Positions 48,402 to 58,476 of a DNA stretch of 64,000 nt are shown here, piece by piece. Made by a program: the position numbers and the translations under genes. Below the pieces are notes generated by a model, which made no database searches, had not been told where the DNA came from, and saw only the letters and a list, made by a program, of their open reading frames with translations. This DNA comes from a virus: IMG/VR virus record IMGVR_UViG_3300020190_000012, positions 1-64,000 of that record, one strand, 5' to 3'. Each line of letters begins with the position of its first letter. Position 1 is the stretch's first letter.

Positions 48402-51400
48402 TCACTTGAAGACCCGACGCAGTACGTTGGTCTCAGTCTGATCTGCCAACTCCACCTGCTGCTGCAGTCGGAACATGGACGAGATCTTGGACTTGAGATC
48501 TCCATACGCATTACGCTCACTCTTCTGCTCGGGGATCACAAAAGCCGTTTCTGACCCTGCCGAGGCCGTCTTCAGGCCCTTGGCGACGACACCCTCTGCG
48601 AACATTGCCTTCTCAAGGTCCACGAGCTGAGCCACCTTGTAGCCCATCAACTCTTTGGCTTTTGCAGGCAGACTGTCTGCAGAGATCATCCCTGCAGCAA
48701 CCATCTTGCCAGCAACCTTGAGAGCCAACTCGCTGGAATCTTCACCAGCCTTCTTCTTTGCATAGCCGCCAACTGGACCGGACTTACCCGATCCAACCTG
48801 GCCGCCTGTCATTAGATTCTGCTTCTCTGCACCGTCCTGACCGCCAACCGGTATGGAAGGCAGGCTCAGACCTGCAGACTCGTTACCCTCTGGAACTTCA
48901 AGTTCTCCCATGCCTTCAAGACCTTCAGAGGTGCCCACGTCGCCAAGATCTTCCTGGTTCTGCACCAACTCGGTCTTGAGACCAAGCTCAGAGGCAAGCT
49001 TGGCCAATGAATCGGAGAATGCAGCCTTCTGGTTATGAAGCTTGCCAGAGGCAGATTTACCTGCTCCTTGGACACCGCCAGTGGCCATATTGCCCTTCTC
49101 TCCCTTGATCTTGTCGCCACTGAAGCTAGGACCATCAACGGGAACCTTGGGCATGTCTGCATCGAAGCCTTCGCCGTGCTCTCTGCTGAGCGGCTTGCCG
49201 CCGTTCTCAACGACCTTTGGCGATTTCAGACCAGCCTTGCCCGTCATGACGGTACCAAGTTCTGGCTGCTTCTGTGCATGACCTATCTCGACAGCCTTCT
49301 CTCCTGCCTCCTTGGTCAGGGCAGATGCAAGACGTGATATGTCAAGTTCCAACTTGCCTACGCCAACAACTCTGCCACGACGGAGGGCCATGGCCTCCTT
49401 CTCAATGTCGAAGGTCTCGTTTGACTTGGATTTGGCATAATTTGGAGCTGTCTTTTCCATGACTGCATCTTTCTCTTCTGTTTCTCCATTCGGATTATCG
49501 TCAGAAGAGTCTTCGTCAGAAGAGTCTTCGTCAGAAGAGTCTTCGTCAGAAGAGTCTTCGTCTTCAACAGTAGGTGACACCTCGACTGACTCTTCTTCAT
49601 CCACGTCTTCGACATCGTCGATGTCGTCGACCTCAACGGAATCTTCAGGCACATCCGTGCCAACATCATCAGACATCTCAGCCCCCATGTCGACCTCTGT
49701 GTCCATATCACTCTCATCTTCACTCCAAGCCTTAGTTAGAGCCTTCTGTATCTGCTCGTCAATCTGCTCAAGAACTTCTGGGGTCACATCGAGAGTGACG
49801 GAAATGGTCTTTTTGTCACCAGATTCAGAATCATCCTCGCCATCGAATGGATCGGATTCTTCCGTTTCATCCTGCTGTGACAAGTCAGTCTCTCCGTCGC
49901 CATCTGCGAGATCATCGGCGAGATACTCCTCGTCCTCTGCATAGGCAGCTTTGATCATCTCACAAGCATTGGAAGCCTGCTTGAGACCCATGCCTTCGCG
50001 GACAAGGTCCTCTACGCACTCGCACATAGGATCCGGCTGCGCCCAAGATGAGGCAACCTTGTCAGCCACGATTGTGCTGTACACATTCGCACCGGCAAGT
50101 TTGCTGCACACGCAATCTGGAAGGCTGTTTCCACGGCAAGGACCGCTGAGCGCCACGGAATCAGCGCCATACCTCCTGGCGAGTTTTTCCACGCACTCAT
50201 TCATTGGGAATTCACCATGCATGGTGAATGCCTTCTTGAATGAGCCAATTGCAGTCTCATCTTCAGAAGCTATCTTGACCTGCTTTACGGCACCCTTGCT
50301 GAGGGCTTCGTTCAAAACTTCGGCCTTCTTGACAACAGACATGCCGTCGAATGTTGCACGATCAACGCCAACTTCATTCAGGGCAGAATTAATAGATGCA
50401 CGCTTACGGGCGCAGCTGCTGCATGATGCCTTCTTAAACTCTGGCACCCATTCCCACTGAGCATACACATCCTTAGGAGAGGTGGTCGACGCGGCAAGAC
50501 GAACCTTGTACATCTGACCAGAGTCCAAGCACATCCATGTTTCGTTGTCAAGTTTGACGGTATTTCTCTCGCCAGTGATTGGGCTCACAGATCCTAGAGC
50601 ACCCTTGCTGGCGATCTTCCTGAGTGTTTCTGGAGTGATGCGGGTGGATGCAGCAACAGGAGGAAGCCCTGGTGCCCCTAGGGGTGGCATGCCGGGTGGC
50701 AGTTCGGCGCCAATCCCGCCAAGACCCTTATCTGGCTCTGCAGGGTTGTCGCCGCCAACATCCTCTTTGTCAATATCTCCGTCAGTGATATTGTCAAGAA
50801 GAGATGCATCTGGAATAACCTTGATGGTGAATCCACTGCCGCAACCCGGGCCTTTGCACTGGCTCTTGCCGCCAGCAACATCAACATCCTGGTTGCCACA
50901 CACGACGCAAACCGCAGCTGGTGGCTTGGCCTTGCCGAGGGTGTCTGTGTCGAGACCAAGAGGGTCTGTTGGCGCCGAAGCGGGAGCTCCAGGCATACCA
51001 GCGGGGGCCCCTGGTGCTGGCGGAGCGCCAGTCAGCGCCTCTGCGCCAGGCATGCCGGGAGGCATGGCACCTGGAACCGCAACACCAGCACCCATGCCTG
51101 CTGGATTTAGGGCGCTGGGCATGGCGCCTCCAACTTGAGCCTTCTTCTCAAGTCGCTCAATCTCCTCAAGCAACTTGGCACGACGAGATATCCTGTCTTC
51201 TCGAGAATCATAAGTCTCAGAAGATGCGACCGCGACCTTTGTCTTGGGGGCTTTCTTCATAGTGCTCTCCACATCGGATGCAAACTTGTGGTATGCCTCT
51301 TCCTCTGCAGAAGTGAGCATTTTTGCCTCCTTGACCACTGCCTCAACAATGCCATTGGCATCGTCGAAATCTATTGACATCGGTACAACATCAACACCAG

Positions 51401-54062
51401 GGAAGCGACTAGAGATCATGCCCTGAGCAAACTTGGTGACCTCCGCTATAAAGTTAATCTTATCTGATGGGTCTGCTGAAATGTCCTCGCCAACAGTGCA
51501 GCAAACCTTGTAGAGACCATCTTCAGGACGGAAGGCCTGGCGGATCGCGTCCTCAAATGAGGCATCCTTTGCCAGGGTTTCAGAAGCATCAGTTGCCATC
51601 TTGGTGGCCTGCTCGACAGCTAGGTCATTGTTCGCGCAGTGGATGAACGCCTGGATGGCATCCTCGGCAGTGACATTCTTGGCATTATCTGCGATGGAGG
51701 CCAAAACAAGGTCGATGGGCTCGGCCATGAGACCTGCAGAAGCACCCTTGGTCATCTCAGAGTTTCTTTCGGCAACTTCACGACGCTGAGACACAGTCCA
51801 AGGGGCTGCATTAATAGAAACCATGAAGGCAGCCTTGGCATGTCTTGATGGCTTGGCTGATATGTACTGCGCAACCTTGGAGATGTCGACGGGATCTAGA
51901 CCATAGATTGCAATGCCATCAGCAATAGAACGGGTTGCAATCTTGACAAGGTCAACTGTACTTGCCTTCTTGGCCATCGATCCGAGTTGAGCCTCTGTAA
52001 TTGCAGTTGGATCGACCCACTTGTGATCCTTACGGAGAATGTCGAGTTGGGCAGACTGAACATGGTCTGTCCAGTCTGCTGGTATCTTGGCAAGGATCTC
52101 GCGGGTTGCATCACCCCACTGACCCTCTGTGATCGTTTCTGGGAAAGAGTTCCAACGTGCCATGAATCCGTTGGATCCGCTAGCTAGTTGCATCTCTGTC
52201 GTGCCTTCGGATGATCCAGACCTCACCTGCGGTGATGCACTAGACACATCTTTGAACGCAGGCTTGGATGCACCAAGACGGCTGTCTGACTCGATGATTT
52301 CGGTGTACTCCGCACCGGTACGTGCGCCCATGCCATTGCCTTCGACAAACTGCCCTTCGATTATGGTGGAAGGAGAGTTGTCGGTGCGGTTTGAAGCTGT
52401 TTTAACGGTGCGGTTGTTAATGTCCAATTCAGGCTCCTTACTAGAGTTGATGTTTTCTTGTTTTTCAAGGGATGCAAGGATGATGAGGGCTGCGCCTTCT
52501 GGATCTTCAGCGATTGCACTCCTCAAGTTATGAGGAAACGCGTCTGCAGATGATGCTCTGACGACACGACCGTCAACAACTTCTGTTATAAACGATTCGC
52601 CGTCAGAGTCGGCGGATATCACAACAGAACAGTTGGCTGACGCGACCTTTGCAATGATTTGGTTCTGTGCCAAAAAATCCTCCGAGGGGAAATACTCGCC
52701 ATCTTCCACGCGGATGGCAAGTCCCTTGCCTCTAATATTGTTTTTTTTCCAAATCTCCTCCCCAAAAGCTGACCTTGGAATAAAAGTTGGCTTGGTAACC
52801 CTGCCTATGTCGTCACCCACATCCTGAAAAGACGGGGTTCCCAAAGATGGGGGTCTTGGGGAGGGTTGCTGAGGCATAGACATTGGGGCCGCTGTTGCAG
52901 GCGCCATTGCAGATGGGGTGGTTTGTGATATCTTTCCACCATCGACAGGCGATGCTGGTGCCGATGTCCCCCTTGCCATCTGTTCAGAAGATGGAGATGG
53001 CAACTGTGCATAACCCATTTCTATAAGTTCATCTGTGGTTTTTTGCACATTCGACATGACCTTAACAAGATCGCTGACATATTCCATAGAAACTGCCTGT
53101 TTTTGTGCCATCATGGACCTGGCAACACGCTCAAGCAGGTTCATTGCTTCATTCAACTCTCCAATTTCTTGTCGACCTGCCACTTTTTTCATTCCGCAAA
53201 CCCCGTCCTTGCAGAATGATTCCTCTGCCACCTTGCTAAACCCCTCGTTTACAGCCCTGACCCTCTCAACAAGGCTAGCAATCTTTTTGCGGACGCCTTC
53301 GGGGTTGAGTATTTCTTGCACGAGGCAATCATGGCATGCTGGATTGACCACAAAACTATCTTCGATAAATTTGACACCAAAATTGTGTTCAAAAATTTGT
53401 TGATCTTTATGTGTGTGGATCTTCTTTTCGCCCTTTTTGCAACCGCAAACTGGACAGGGCTCGTCGCCAGCATTGGGAGACTCATGATACTTACAGACAT
53501 GATCGCCATTGAAGCGCTTCTTCTTGCGCTCTTTGATATGTGAGCAAAATTCTTTTGCAGTTGCAGCTCTGTGATGGCATATGCTGCAGCATGAGTACTG
53601 TACTTGACAGCCCATGGATGTGCCGTTCACGTATCCCTGCTCTATGCCCCTAGCAAGCCTAGGGAAGGCCACGCGGTCAACCATGTTAATTGTATATATA
53701 CCGCCAGTGGAATCGTCGTACCATGCGTGTACAACCTTGCCCCTTGCCTTCTCGATGTCGTCATTTTGGTGGTTGACAAAGACCGGAACCCCGATGAACG
53801 TTTTGGCGGCACGCTTTAACTCAGTCTCACTGAACCAGTCGCCGTTGTCATTGACCTCATTCTTCTTTATTGCAAATACCTTAACAAATAAATGATCGGG
53901 GTGTTCCTTGACGGCTGCAGTTATGTCGAATCCGTTCAGGTCAGTACCAACCTTGGCCGCCTGTTTCTGCAGTGCTTCCGTGTTAAACTCATCCCAATCC
54001 TCGGGAACATTAAGAGCAGTAACCTGCCTCGACCCTGAAATGGAAAACTTGCTTGGAATCAT
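48402..54062 (-). CDS. Prohead maturation protease fused to a very long scaffold/core region
   Basis: NDNGDWF..EL..TFIGVPVFVNH, RGKVV, GTSMGC, CSICHH, FIEDSFVVNPA protease domain; then coiled-coil, Pro/Gly-rich and acidic regions; lies between portal and MCP. Confidence 0.85.
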   Translation of the reverse strand: MIPSKFSISGSRQVTALNVPEDWDEFNTEALQKQAAKVGTDLNGFDITAAVKEHPDHLFVKVFAIKKNEVNDNGDWFSETELKRAAKTFIGVPVFVNHQNDDIEKARGKVVHAWYDDSTGGIYTINMVDRVAFPRLARGIEQGYVNGTSMGCQVQYSCCSICHHRAATAKEFCSHIKERKKKRFNGDHVCKYHESPNAGDEPCPVCGCKKGEKKIHTHKDQQIFEHNFGVKFIEDSFVVNPACHDCLVQEILNPEGVRKKIASLVERVRAVNEGFSKVAEESFCKDGVCGMKKVAGRQEIGELNEAMNLLERVARSMMAQKQAVSMEYVSDLVKVMSNVQKTTDELIEMGYAQLPSPSSEQMARGTSAPASPVDGGKISQTTPSAMAPATAAPMSMPQQPSPRPPSLGTPSFQDVGDDIGRVTKPTFIPRSAFGEEIWKKNNIRGKGLAIRVEDGEYFPSEDFLAQNQIIAKVASANCSVVISADSDGESFITEVVDGRVVRASSADAFPHNLRSAIAEDPEGAALIILASLEKQENINSSKEPELDINNRTVKTASNRTDNSPSTIIEGQFVEGNGMGARTGAEYTEIIESDSRLGASKPAFKDVSSASPQVRSGSSEGTTEMQLASGSNGFMARWNSFPETITEGQWGDATREILAKIPADWTDHVQSAQLDILRKDHKWVDPTAITEAQLGSMAKKASTVDLVKIATRSIADGIAIYGLDPVDISKVAQYISAKPSRHAKAAFMVSINAAPWTVSQRREVAERNSEMTKGASAGLMAEPIDLVLASIADNAKNVTAEDAIQAFIHCANNDLAVEQATKMATDASETLAKDASFEDAIRQAFRPEDGLYKVCCTVGEDISADPSDKINFIAEVTKFAQGMISSRFPGVDVVPMSIDFDDANGIVEAVVKEAKMLTSAEEEAYHKFASDVESTMKKAPKTKVAVASSETYDSREDRISRRAKLLEEIERLEKKAQVGGAMPSALNPAGMGAGVAVPGAMPPGMPGAEALTGAPPAPGAPAGMPGAPASAPTDPLGLDTDTLGKAKPPAAVCVVCGNQDVDVAGGKSQCKGPGCGSGFTIKVIPDASLLDNITDGDIDKEDVGGDNPAEPDKGLGGIGAELPPGMPPLGAPGLPPVAASTRITPETLRKIASKGALGSVSPITGERNTVKLDNETWMCLDSGQMYKVRLAASTTSPKDVYAQWEWVPEFKKASCSSCARKRASINSALNEVGVDRATFDGMSVVKKAEVLNEALSKGAVKQVKIASEDETAIGSFKKAFTMHGEFPMNECVEKLARRYGADSVALSGPCRGNSLPDCVCSKLAGANVYSTIVADKVASSWAQPDPMCECVEDLVREGMGLKQASNACEMIKAAYAEDEEYLADDLADGDGETDLSQQDETEESDPFDGEDDSESGDKKTISVTLDVTPEVLEQIDEQIQKALTKAWSEDESDMDTEVDMGAEMSDDVGTDVPEDSVEVDDIDDVEDVDEEESVEVSPTVEDEDSSDEDSSDEDSSDEDSSDDNPNGETEEKDAVMEKTAPNYAKSKSNETFDIEKEAMALRRGRVVGVGKLELDISRLASALTKEAGEKAVEIGHAQKQPELGTVMTGKAGLKSPKVVENGGKPLSREHGEGFDADMPKVPVDGPSFSGDKIKGEKGNMATGGVQGAGKSASGKLHNQKAAFSDSLAKLASELGLKTELVQNQEDLGDVGTSEGLEGMGELEVPEGNESAGLSLPSIPVGGQDGAEKQNLMTGGQVGSGKSGPVGGYAKKKAGEDSSELALKVAGKMVAAGMISADSLPAKAKELMGYKVAQLVDLEKAMFAEGVVAKGLKTASAGSETAFVIPEQKSERNAYGDLKSKISSMFRLQQQVELADQTETNVLRRVFK
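49501..49560 (-). repeat. 15-bp tandem repeat x4 encoding DEDSS units
   Basis: TCAGAAGAGTCTTCG repeated four times, in frame in the acidic scaffold region. Confidence 0.9.
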
Positions 54063-54472
54063 GCCCTCACTGTCCTCGGGATTCTTACATTAGCCAAATG
54101 GGTCAATGTATAGTTGAACTGATTCTTAGGATATGGTATTCTGTATTTATCTGAAAGGAAAGACAGGGCCGAAGCAATGTTAGTAAAATATTTTCCATAC
54201 GGGCTGTAGACTTTAGACTCAAATTTCATCCAGTTGGATGGCAACTTTTTGATACCTGCAAAAAATGCCTTCTTGAGATCTTTGGTTCTCGCTGGCGAGC
54301 ATACAACATAATAGTCTGAGTTGGTGGTGTAGTCGTGGCCTTGCCATCTGTGGTATGCCCCAGAACCAATTTCCCTCTCGTATCTCTTCTTGAGAGGCTC
54401 GGTACGCTCAGTGTATACCTCTTCCCAATTGATGTTACGGTCACGTATCCTGCGTGCTGAAATCTTCAGCAT
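54059..54472 (-). CDS. Hypothetical basic, aromatic-rich protein between portal and protease
   Basis: Start likely MLKISARR at 54472; ATGA overlap with protease gene. Confidence 0.6.
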   Translation of the reverse strand: MLKISARRIRDRNINWEEVYTERTEPLKKRYEREIGSGAYHRWQGHDYTTNSDYYVVCSPARTKDLKKAFFAGIKKLPSNWMKFESKVYSPYGKYFTNIASALSFLSDKYRIPYPKNQFNYTLTHLANVRIPRTVRA

Positions 54473-56654
54473 GGGATGCACCTGTTGGTAAGAAAATGTC
54501 GGCCACATCTGTGGAAATGACACGAGGCTCTCCATCAGATAAAGATGCCGAAGTTTTGCCCAAAATCCTCCGCTCTTCTATCGCTTCTCTAATATTTGAC
54601 ATCACAACTTGAGCAACTTCGTCCACCCGACTGTTGAGGGCACCCTCTTTTATCCTTATAACCCGCCAACCAAGTTGTGCAAGTTTCATGTCTCTTGCTC
54701 GGTCACGCTCAATGGCTTCGGGATCTGAATGCCACATTTCTCCATCTGCCTCCACATCAACTCCGATTTGAGGATATGCAAAATCTAGAAGGAATGGCTG
54801 TCTCTGACCTGGCATGTACTGCTGGAATTGTGCAAAAAGTGGGTACGGAACCGCAAGTTGGTTGAGGATCGATGCCAACTTCTGCTCCGGCTTTGTCAAA
54901 AATATCTTCGTAGGCTGTGGAGGTTTGGGCATATCTTTTGCCTTTGGCCCCTTGCCCTTCTTAAATATCTTTCCTGACAAAATGGATGCGGCTGCCGCCA
55001 TGGGCGGAGCACCAGGGTTGCCACCCATGGCAGGAATTGCCGATGGAGCACCACCAGGCGGAGACATCCCCAAATCCATCGGCGGTGCACCTCCGCCCAT
55101 GGGGGCTGGAGCAGGCGGCGCACCACCACCAGCACCTCCCAATCCGCCCATTATGCTTCCTAGGTCTCCGATTCCGCCGCCGCCACCGCCGCCACCAGGC
55201 TGTCCGCCAAGAACCTGACCTCCAGTACCCGCCATAACCTGTTCTTCCCTGATGCGTGCAACCTCAATATCAAAGTCTATATCAAATGTATCAAGCAACT
55301 TTTGCCTGCTGATAACCTGCTTGTCATACAACTGAATAATCTTGTTCAACGATTCAGAGTTGTCACGAAGACGAAGATCGTTCCATTTTATTCTTGGATA
55401 CAGCCATACAGTTTCGTTCAACTGCTTCGATTTTACTGTGTCAACAAAACCCTGCATTTGAGCAACGGGTAAGAATATGTTTCTTTCTGCCCACTGTGCC
55501 AACTCCATACGCCAGGTTTCAAGTCTTCTGATGAGGGTCTCCACGCCAACAGCAGCACCAGAATAAGCCTGCATCTCTCCGTTGAGCAAGGTCTGGTTGA
55601 GCATTAGACCGTCAAGCATCTCCTTGCCGACATATTCGAGCTGATTGCTTATATCGTGGATTTTGCCAGTTGCACCCTCCCAAGTCATCTCGAATGCATG
55701 GTGAGTAACAATGGTCAAATTTGGATCATTTGCCACTGCAGCAAGTTGAGCCTGCACATCTGCAATATCCATCTCATTTGCAGGGCGCTCGGCAGTGCCA
55801 ACCTTTACTATTCTTATTGGCAATATATGACGCTCTGCCACGATCCAGTTCGCTGTCATCAACTTGGTTTTGTATGCAATCGTCATGAAGAGTCGACGCA
55901 GCAATGACTCTCCATAAGTTCCATAAGGACTCCCCTTATGTCGCAAATGACTCACGCAGCGCGGACTAAGAGGTATGGCCTGCCCGGCGGCAACAAGGTC
56001 ACGAACCTGCGGAGATATCTTGTCATAGATATCCTTTGGCTTCTTCTGCTGCACCACTCTGCGTAGATCATCATCTGGCAACATGGCAATTGTTGGGTGG
56101 TCGGCAAGTTGCGTGTTTTGAACCTCAACGAAATCTGGATTGAGGATCATCAGTCTTTTGAATGTTCCGCCCGGATGGTTGCATATCGTGCCGTCAGGAA
56201 GGTTTGTCCTACCTCCGCACACTGGGCAGTCTATTTCCAAAAACACGAAAACATCACCAAGCAAAAAATATTCGTGCGATATCTTTCTGAACCAGTGATC
56301 AAGGTTGAGTTTTTCAACCATGTGCTCAAAATAGTTCAAGACCTTTCGATCTCTGCACTCCAGTTTGAATCCATTCATGGGGAATGTTGCATAGAAATCT
56401 ATACCACCAGCAGCCTTTGGCTCGTTTTCGTAATAGAAACGCGCCCACTGGTACACTTCCTTGCGTCTGCTTGCTATCTGCCAACTCTGCGGAGTGTGCA
56501 GAGGAGAGAAAAACATCGGCTGGGTGAATATGGTGGACACATTCCCACCAACATATTGAGCCGCCTTGGTCAGCGGCAGCGGAACTATAGTTCCGTTTGC
56601 ATATGTCTTGTTGTCCACCATCGATTCACTACTTGCGTTTTTCTTGGTTGCCAT
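54441..56654 (-). CDS. Portal protein with C-terminal DUF559/Vsr-like endonuclease domain
   Basis: WARFYYENEP..IDFY..FP, EYFLLGDVF, ILNPDFVEV, YGESLLRRLF, IRIVKVG portal motifs; Gly/Pro linker; then LDFAYP..VEADGEMWH..DRARD..L..LGWRVIRI. Confidence 0.85.
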   Translation of the reverse strand: MATKKNASSESMVDNKTYANGTIVPLPLTKAAQYVGGNVSTIFTQPMFFSPLHTPQSWQIASRRKEVYQWARFYYENEPKAAGGIDFYATFPMNGFKLECRDRKVLNYFEHMVEKLNLDHWFRKISHEYFLLGDVFVFLEIDCPVCGGRTNLPDGTICNHPGGTFKRLMILNPDFVEVQNTQLADHPTIAMLPDDDLRRVVQQKKPKDIYDKISPQVRDLVAAGQAIPLSPRCVSHLRHKGSPYGTYGESLLRRLFMTIAYKTKLMTANWIVAERHILPIRIVKVGTAERPANEMDIADVQAQLAAVANDPNLTIVTHHAFEMTWEGATGKIHDISNQLEYVGKEMLDGLMLNQTLLNGEMQAYSGAAVGVETLIRRLETWRMELAQWAERNIFLPVAQMQGFVDTVKSKQLNETVWLYPRIKWNDLRLRDNSESLNKIIQLYDKQVISRQKLLDTFDIDFDIEVARIREEQVMAGTGGQVLGGQPGGGGGGGGIGDLGSIMGGLGGAGGGAPPAPAPMGGGAPPMDLGMSPPGGAPSAIPAMGGNPGAPPMAAAASILSGKIFKKGKGPKAKDMPKPPQPTKIFLTKPEQKLASILNQLAVPYPLFAQFQQYMPGQRQPFLLDFAYPQIGVDVEADGEMWHSDPEAIERDRARDMKLAQLGWRVIRIKEGALNSRVDEVAQVVMSNIREAIEERRILGKTSASLSDGEPRVISTDVADIFLPTGASHAEDFSTQDT

Positions 56655-56684
56655 GAGATGATGTCCTATAGTGGTTTTTCGTCA

Positions 56685-56870
56685 TCATGCCTGCACGGCA
56701 ACAACTTGAGCTAGAGACGCTCCACAGTTAACACAATTAGACGCTGTTGCGTTGTTACAGCTCCTACAAACTGGACAATTTTTCTTCCAGCCTGCCATTG
56801 GCTTTTTCTTCTCACCATCTCTGAACGGGGTCGAGAGGGGGTCGAATGCGGCAGTTTTAGATGCCGTCAA
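56685..56870 (-). CDS. Zinc-ribbon ORF, probably a -1 frameshift extension of the upstream gene
   Basis: CPVC..CVNC; only a TTG start; in the -1 frame of an A AAA AAG site. Confidence 0.55.
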   Translation of the reverse strand: MTASKTAAFDPLSTPFRDGEKKKPMAGWKKNCPVCRSCNNATASNCVNCGASLAQVVAVQA

Positions 56871-57838
56871 CTCTTTTTTTTTGATGCCGAAATGTTGAAT
56901 GGGGCAAAAGTGACGCGACCATTATTCCCCTTCAAATCACCACGTGCTGCAGCCATTCTAGATTCTAGAGAACTAAATTCAGGGATGAATGGGCGCGGAC
57001 TGCCGTCAGTTGGAACGCGCAGATCGTTGCCAACTGGAACGACTTTGTTAACTTCAAAACGATCCTCAATGTAACCACCGCCCGACAGACCGTGAGCTCC
57101 ATCGAAAGGACGATAATATTTGTCCATGACATTGCCACGCCACAATGTTTCAAAATCTATGTCGTAGATTCCGCCAAAGAAGAACTGGTTGTTCTTGTTG
57201 CGTTCAAGAGCAGAAATATTACTCTCCACATCTCTAATGAAGGGGCTTGGCCTTGTTTGCCCTGGGCCAAACAATATGATGTTCTCCATGTTACCATGTG
57301 AGGCCTGCTTAGTCAAGTTGAAAACATTTTTCTTAGAAGCAGTCTTAACTGTTTTTGTAATCTTAGAAAACCGCTCGGCAAGTAGGCTGATCTGCTCGTC
57401 TGAAGCCTCCACAATCCTGTCTAGGCTGGCAGCTGCCTTCTCAACTGCGTCCACCGGAACAACAGATGGAGCAATCACATCAGAATATATTTGGAATGCC
57501 CTGTCAGCAATATCGGCAGAATTTTCTGAATCCTCGTCCTGTTGATAAAAATCTTGAAGAGCCTCTTCAAACATGGAGGCGTTAGGTGATGTGCCGAGAC
57601 GGGGTGCGAAAAAACCATTCCACACCTCATTGTAGCCAGATCCAGGCTCACCATCCCTCCTGAAACTATTCAGGAATTCAAACATTTCCGTGTGGTTTGA
57701 GAATGACGGCAACTCCACTTGCGCCAAGCCCGCAGTCTGTGGGGCAACTGGATCCATGACAAGTGGGGCCTCAGGCACAAGCAACTGCTCTGCTTCCGTC
57801 GTTCTTATCTGCGCAACTTTGGAAAGATTGAATTTCAC
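56867..57838 (-). CDS. Putative head-associated protein
   Basis: FNLSKVAQ and FNLTKQAS motifs; adjacent to portal; ends in an A9G run. Confidence 0.65.
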   Translation of the reverse strand: MKFNLSKVAQIRTTEAEQLLVPEAPLVMDPVAPQTAGLAQVELPSFSNHTEMFEFLNSFRRDGEPGSGYNEVWNGFFAPRLGTSPNASMFEEALQDFYQQDEDSENSADIADRAFQIYSDVIAPSVVPVDAVEKAAASLDRIVEASDEQISLLAERFSKITKTVKTASKKNVFNLTKQASHGNMENIILFGPGQTRPSPFIRDVESNISALERNKNNQFFFGGIYDIDFETLWRGNVMDKYYRPFDGAHGLSGGGYIEDRFEVNKVVPVGNDLRVPTDGSPRPFIPEFSSLESRMAAARGDLKGNNGRVTFAPFNISASKKKS

Positions 57839-58476
57839 TTGAATTGTTTACCTTTAAGCGCTTCGAACATTCTTGTGACGGCACTAACATCAGAAGACGA
57901 AGGCCTTCTTGATGCATGCTTTGATGCCAAAGAGTCAAACATGGAAGCAGCCATATCTCTGCTGTTGACTGGAGACTTCGGCTGAGCCACCTCACATTCA
58001 ACAGTTGGCTTGGCAACCATCGGAGCATCCTTGATGTGGGAGAATGCCTCCTTGTCAAAGATGCTAACAGAGTCGTTGCGAATGAGACCTCTGCCGCCAG
58101 ATTTGCCAGAAAGAGATGAGACATGAGCGGCCATCCGCTCCGCAGAGGTGGGCAAGGGTTCTTCCTCCTTGACAGCATGCTCATTCACACTATCGGCAGC
58201 CACCCGTGGAGCAGGTGGGTCCTTAAGCCCAAATAGGGTGTCTGATGCGGCCTTTACTCCAAGGCTCCCAACATGCCCACCTGCATCAATTGTGTGTGAG
58301 CCTAAAAGCCTATTACGGAGCAATCCTCCCTCGGAAACCTCGGTCTCAGGAGAGCCAGCCACTTTACGAGCAAAGTTTTCAAGCCAAGAAGGCCGAGAAG
58401 CTTCTTCTGCTAGCTTTTCAACTTTGTTCCCAAAAAGTTCAGACCGACCCTCATTTTGATTTTTGAAAATTCTCAT
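57835..58476 (-). CDS. Hypothetical K-x-A-motif protein
   Basis: Overlap-coupled; KLAE, KVAG, KAAS, KEAF, KHAS. Confidence 0.6.
   Translation of the reverse strand: MRIFKNQNEGRSELFGNKVEKLAEEASRPSWLENFARKVAGSPETEVSEGGLLRNRLLGSHTIDAGGHVGSLGVKAASDTLFGLKDPPAPRVAADSVNEHAVKEEEPLPTSAERMAAHVSSLSGKSGGRGLIRNDSVSIFDKEAFSHIKDAPMVAKPTVECEVAQPKSPVNSRDMAASMFDSLASKHASRRPSSSDVSAVTRMFEALKGKQFK

Noticed and set aside
49501-49560. CRISPR-like repeat
   Set aside because: Spacerless 15-bp in-frame coding tandem repeat.
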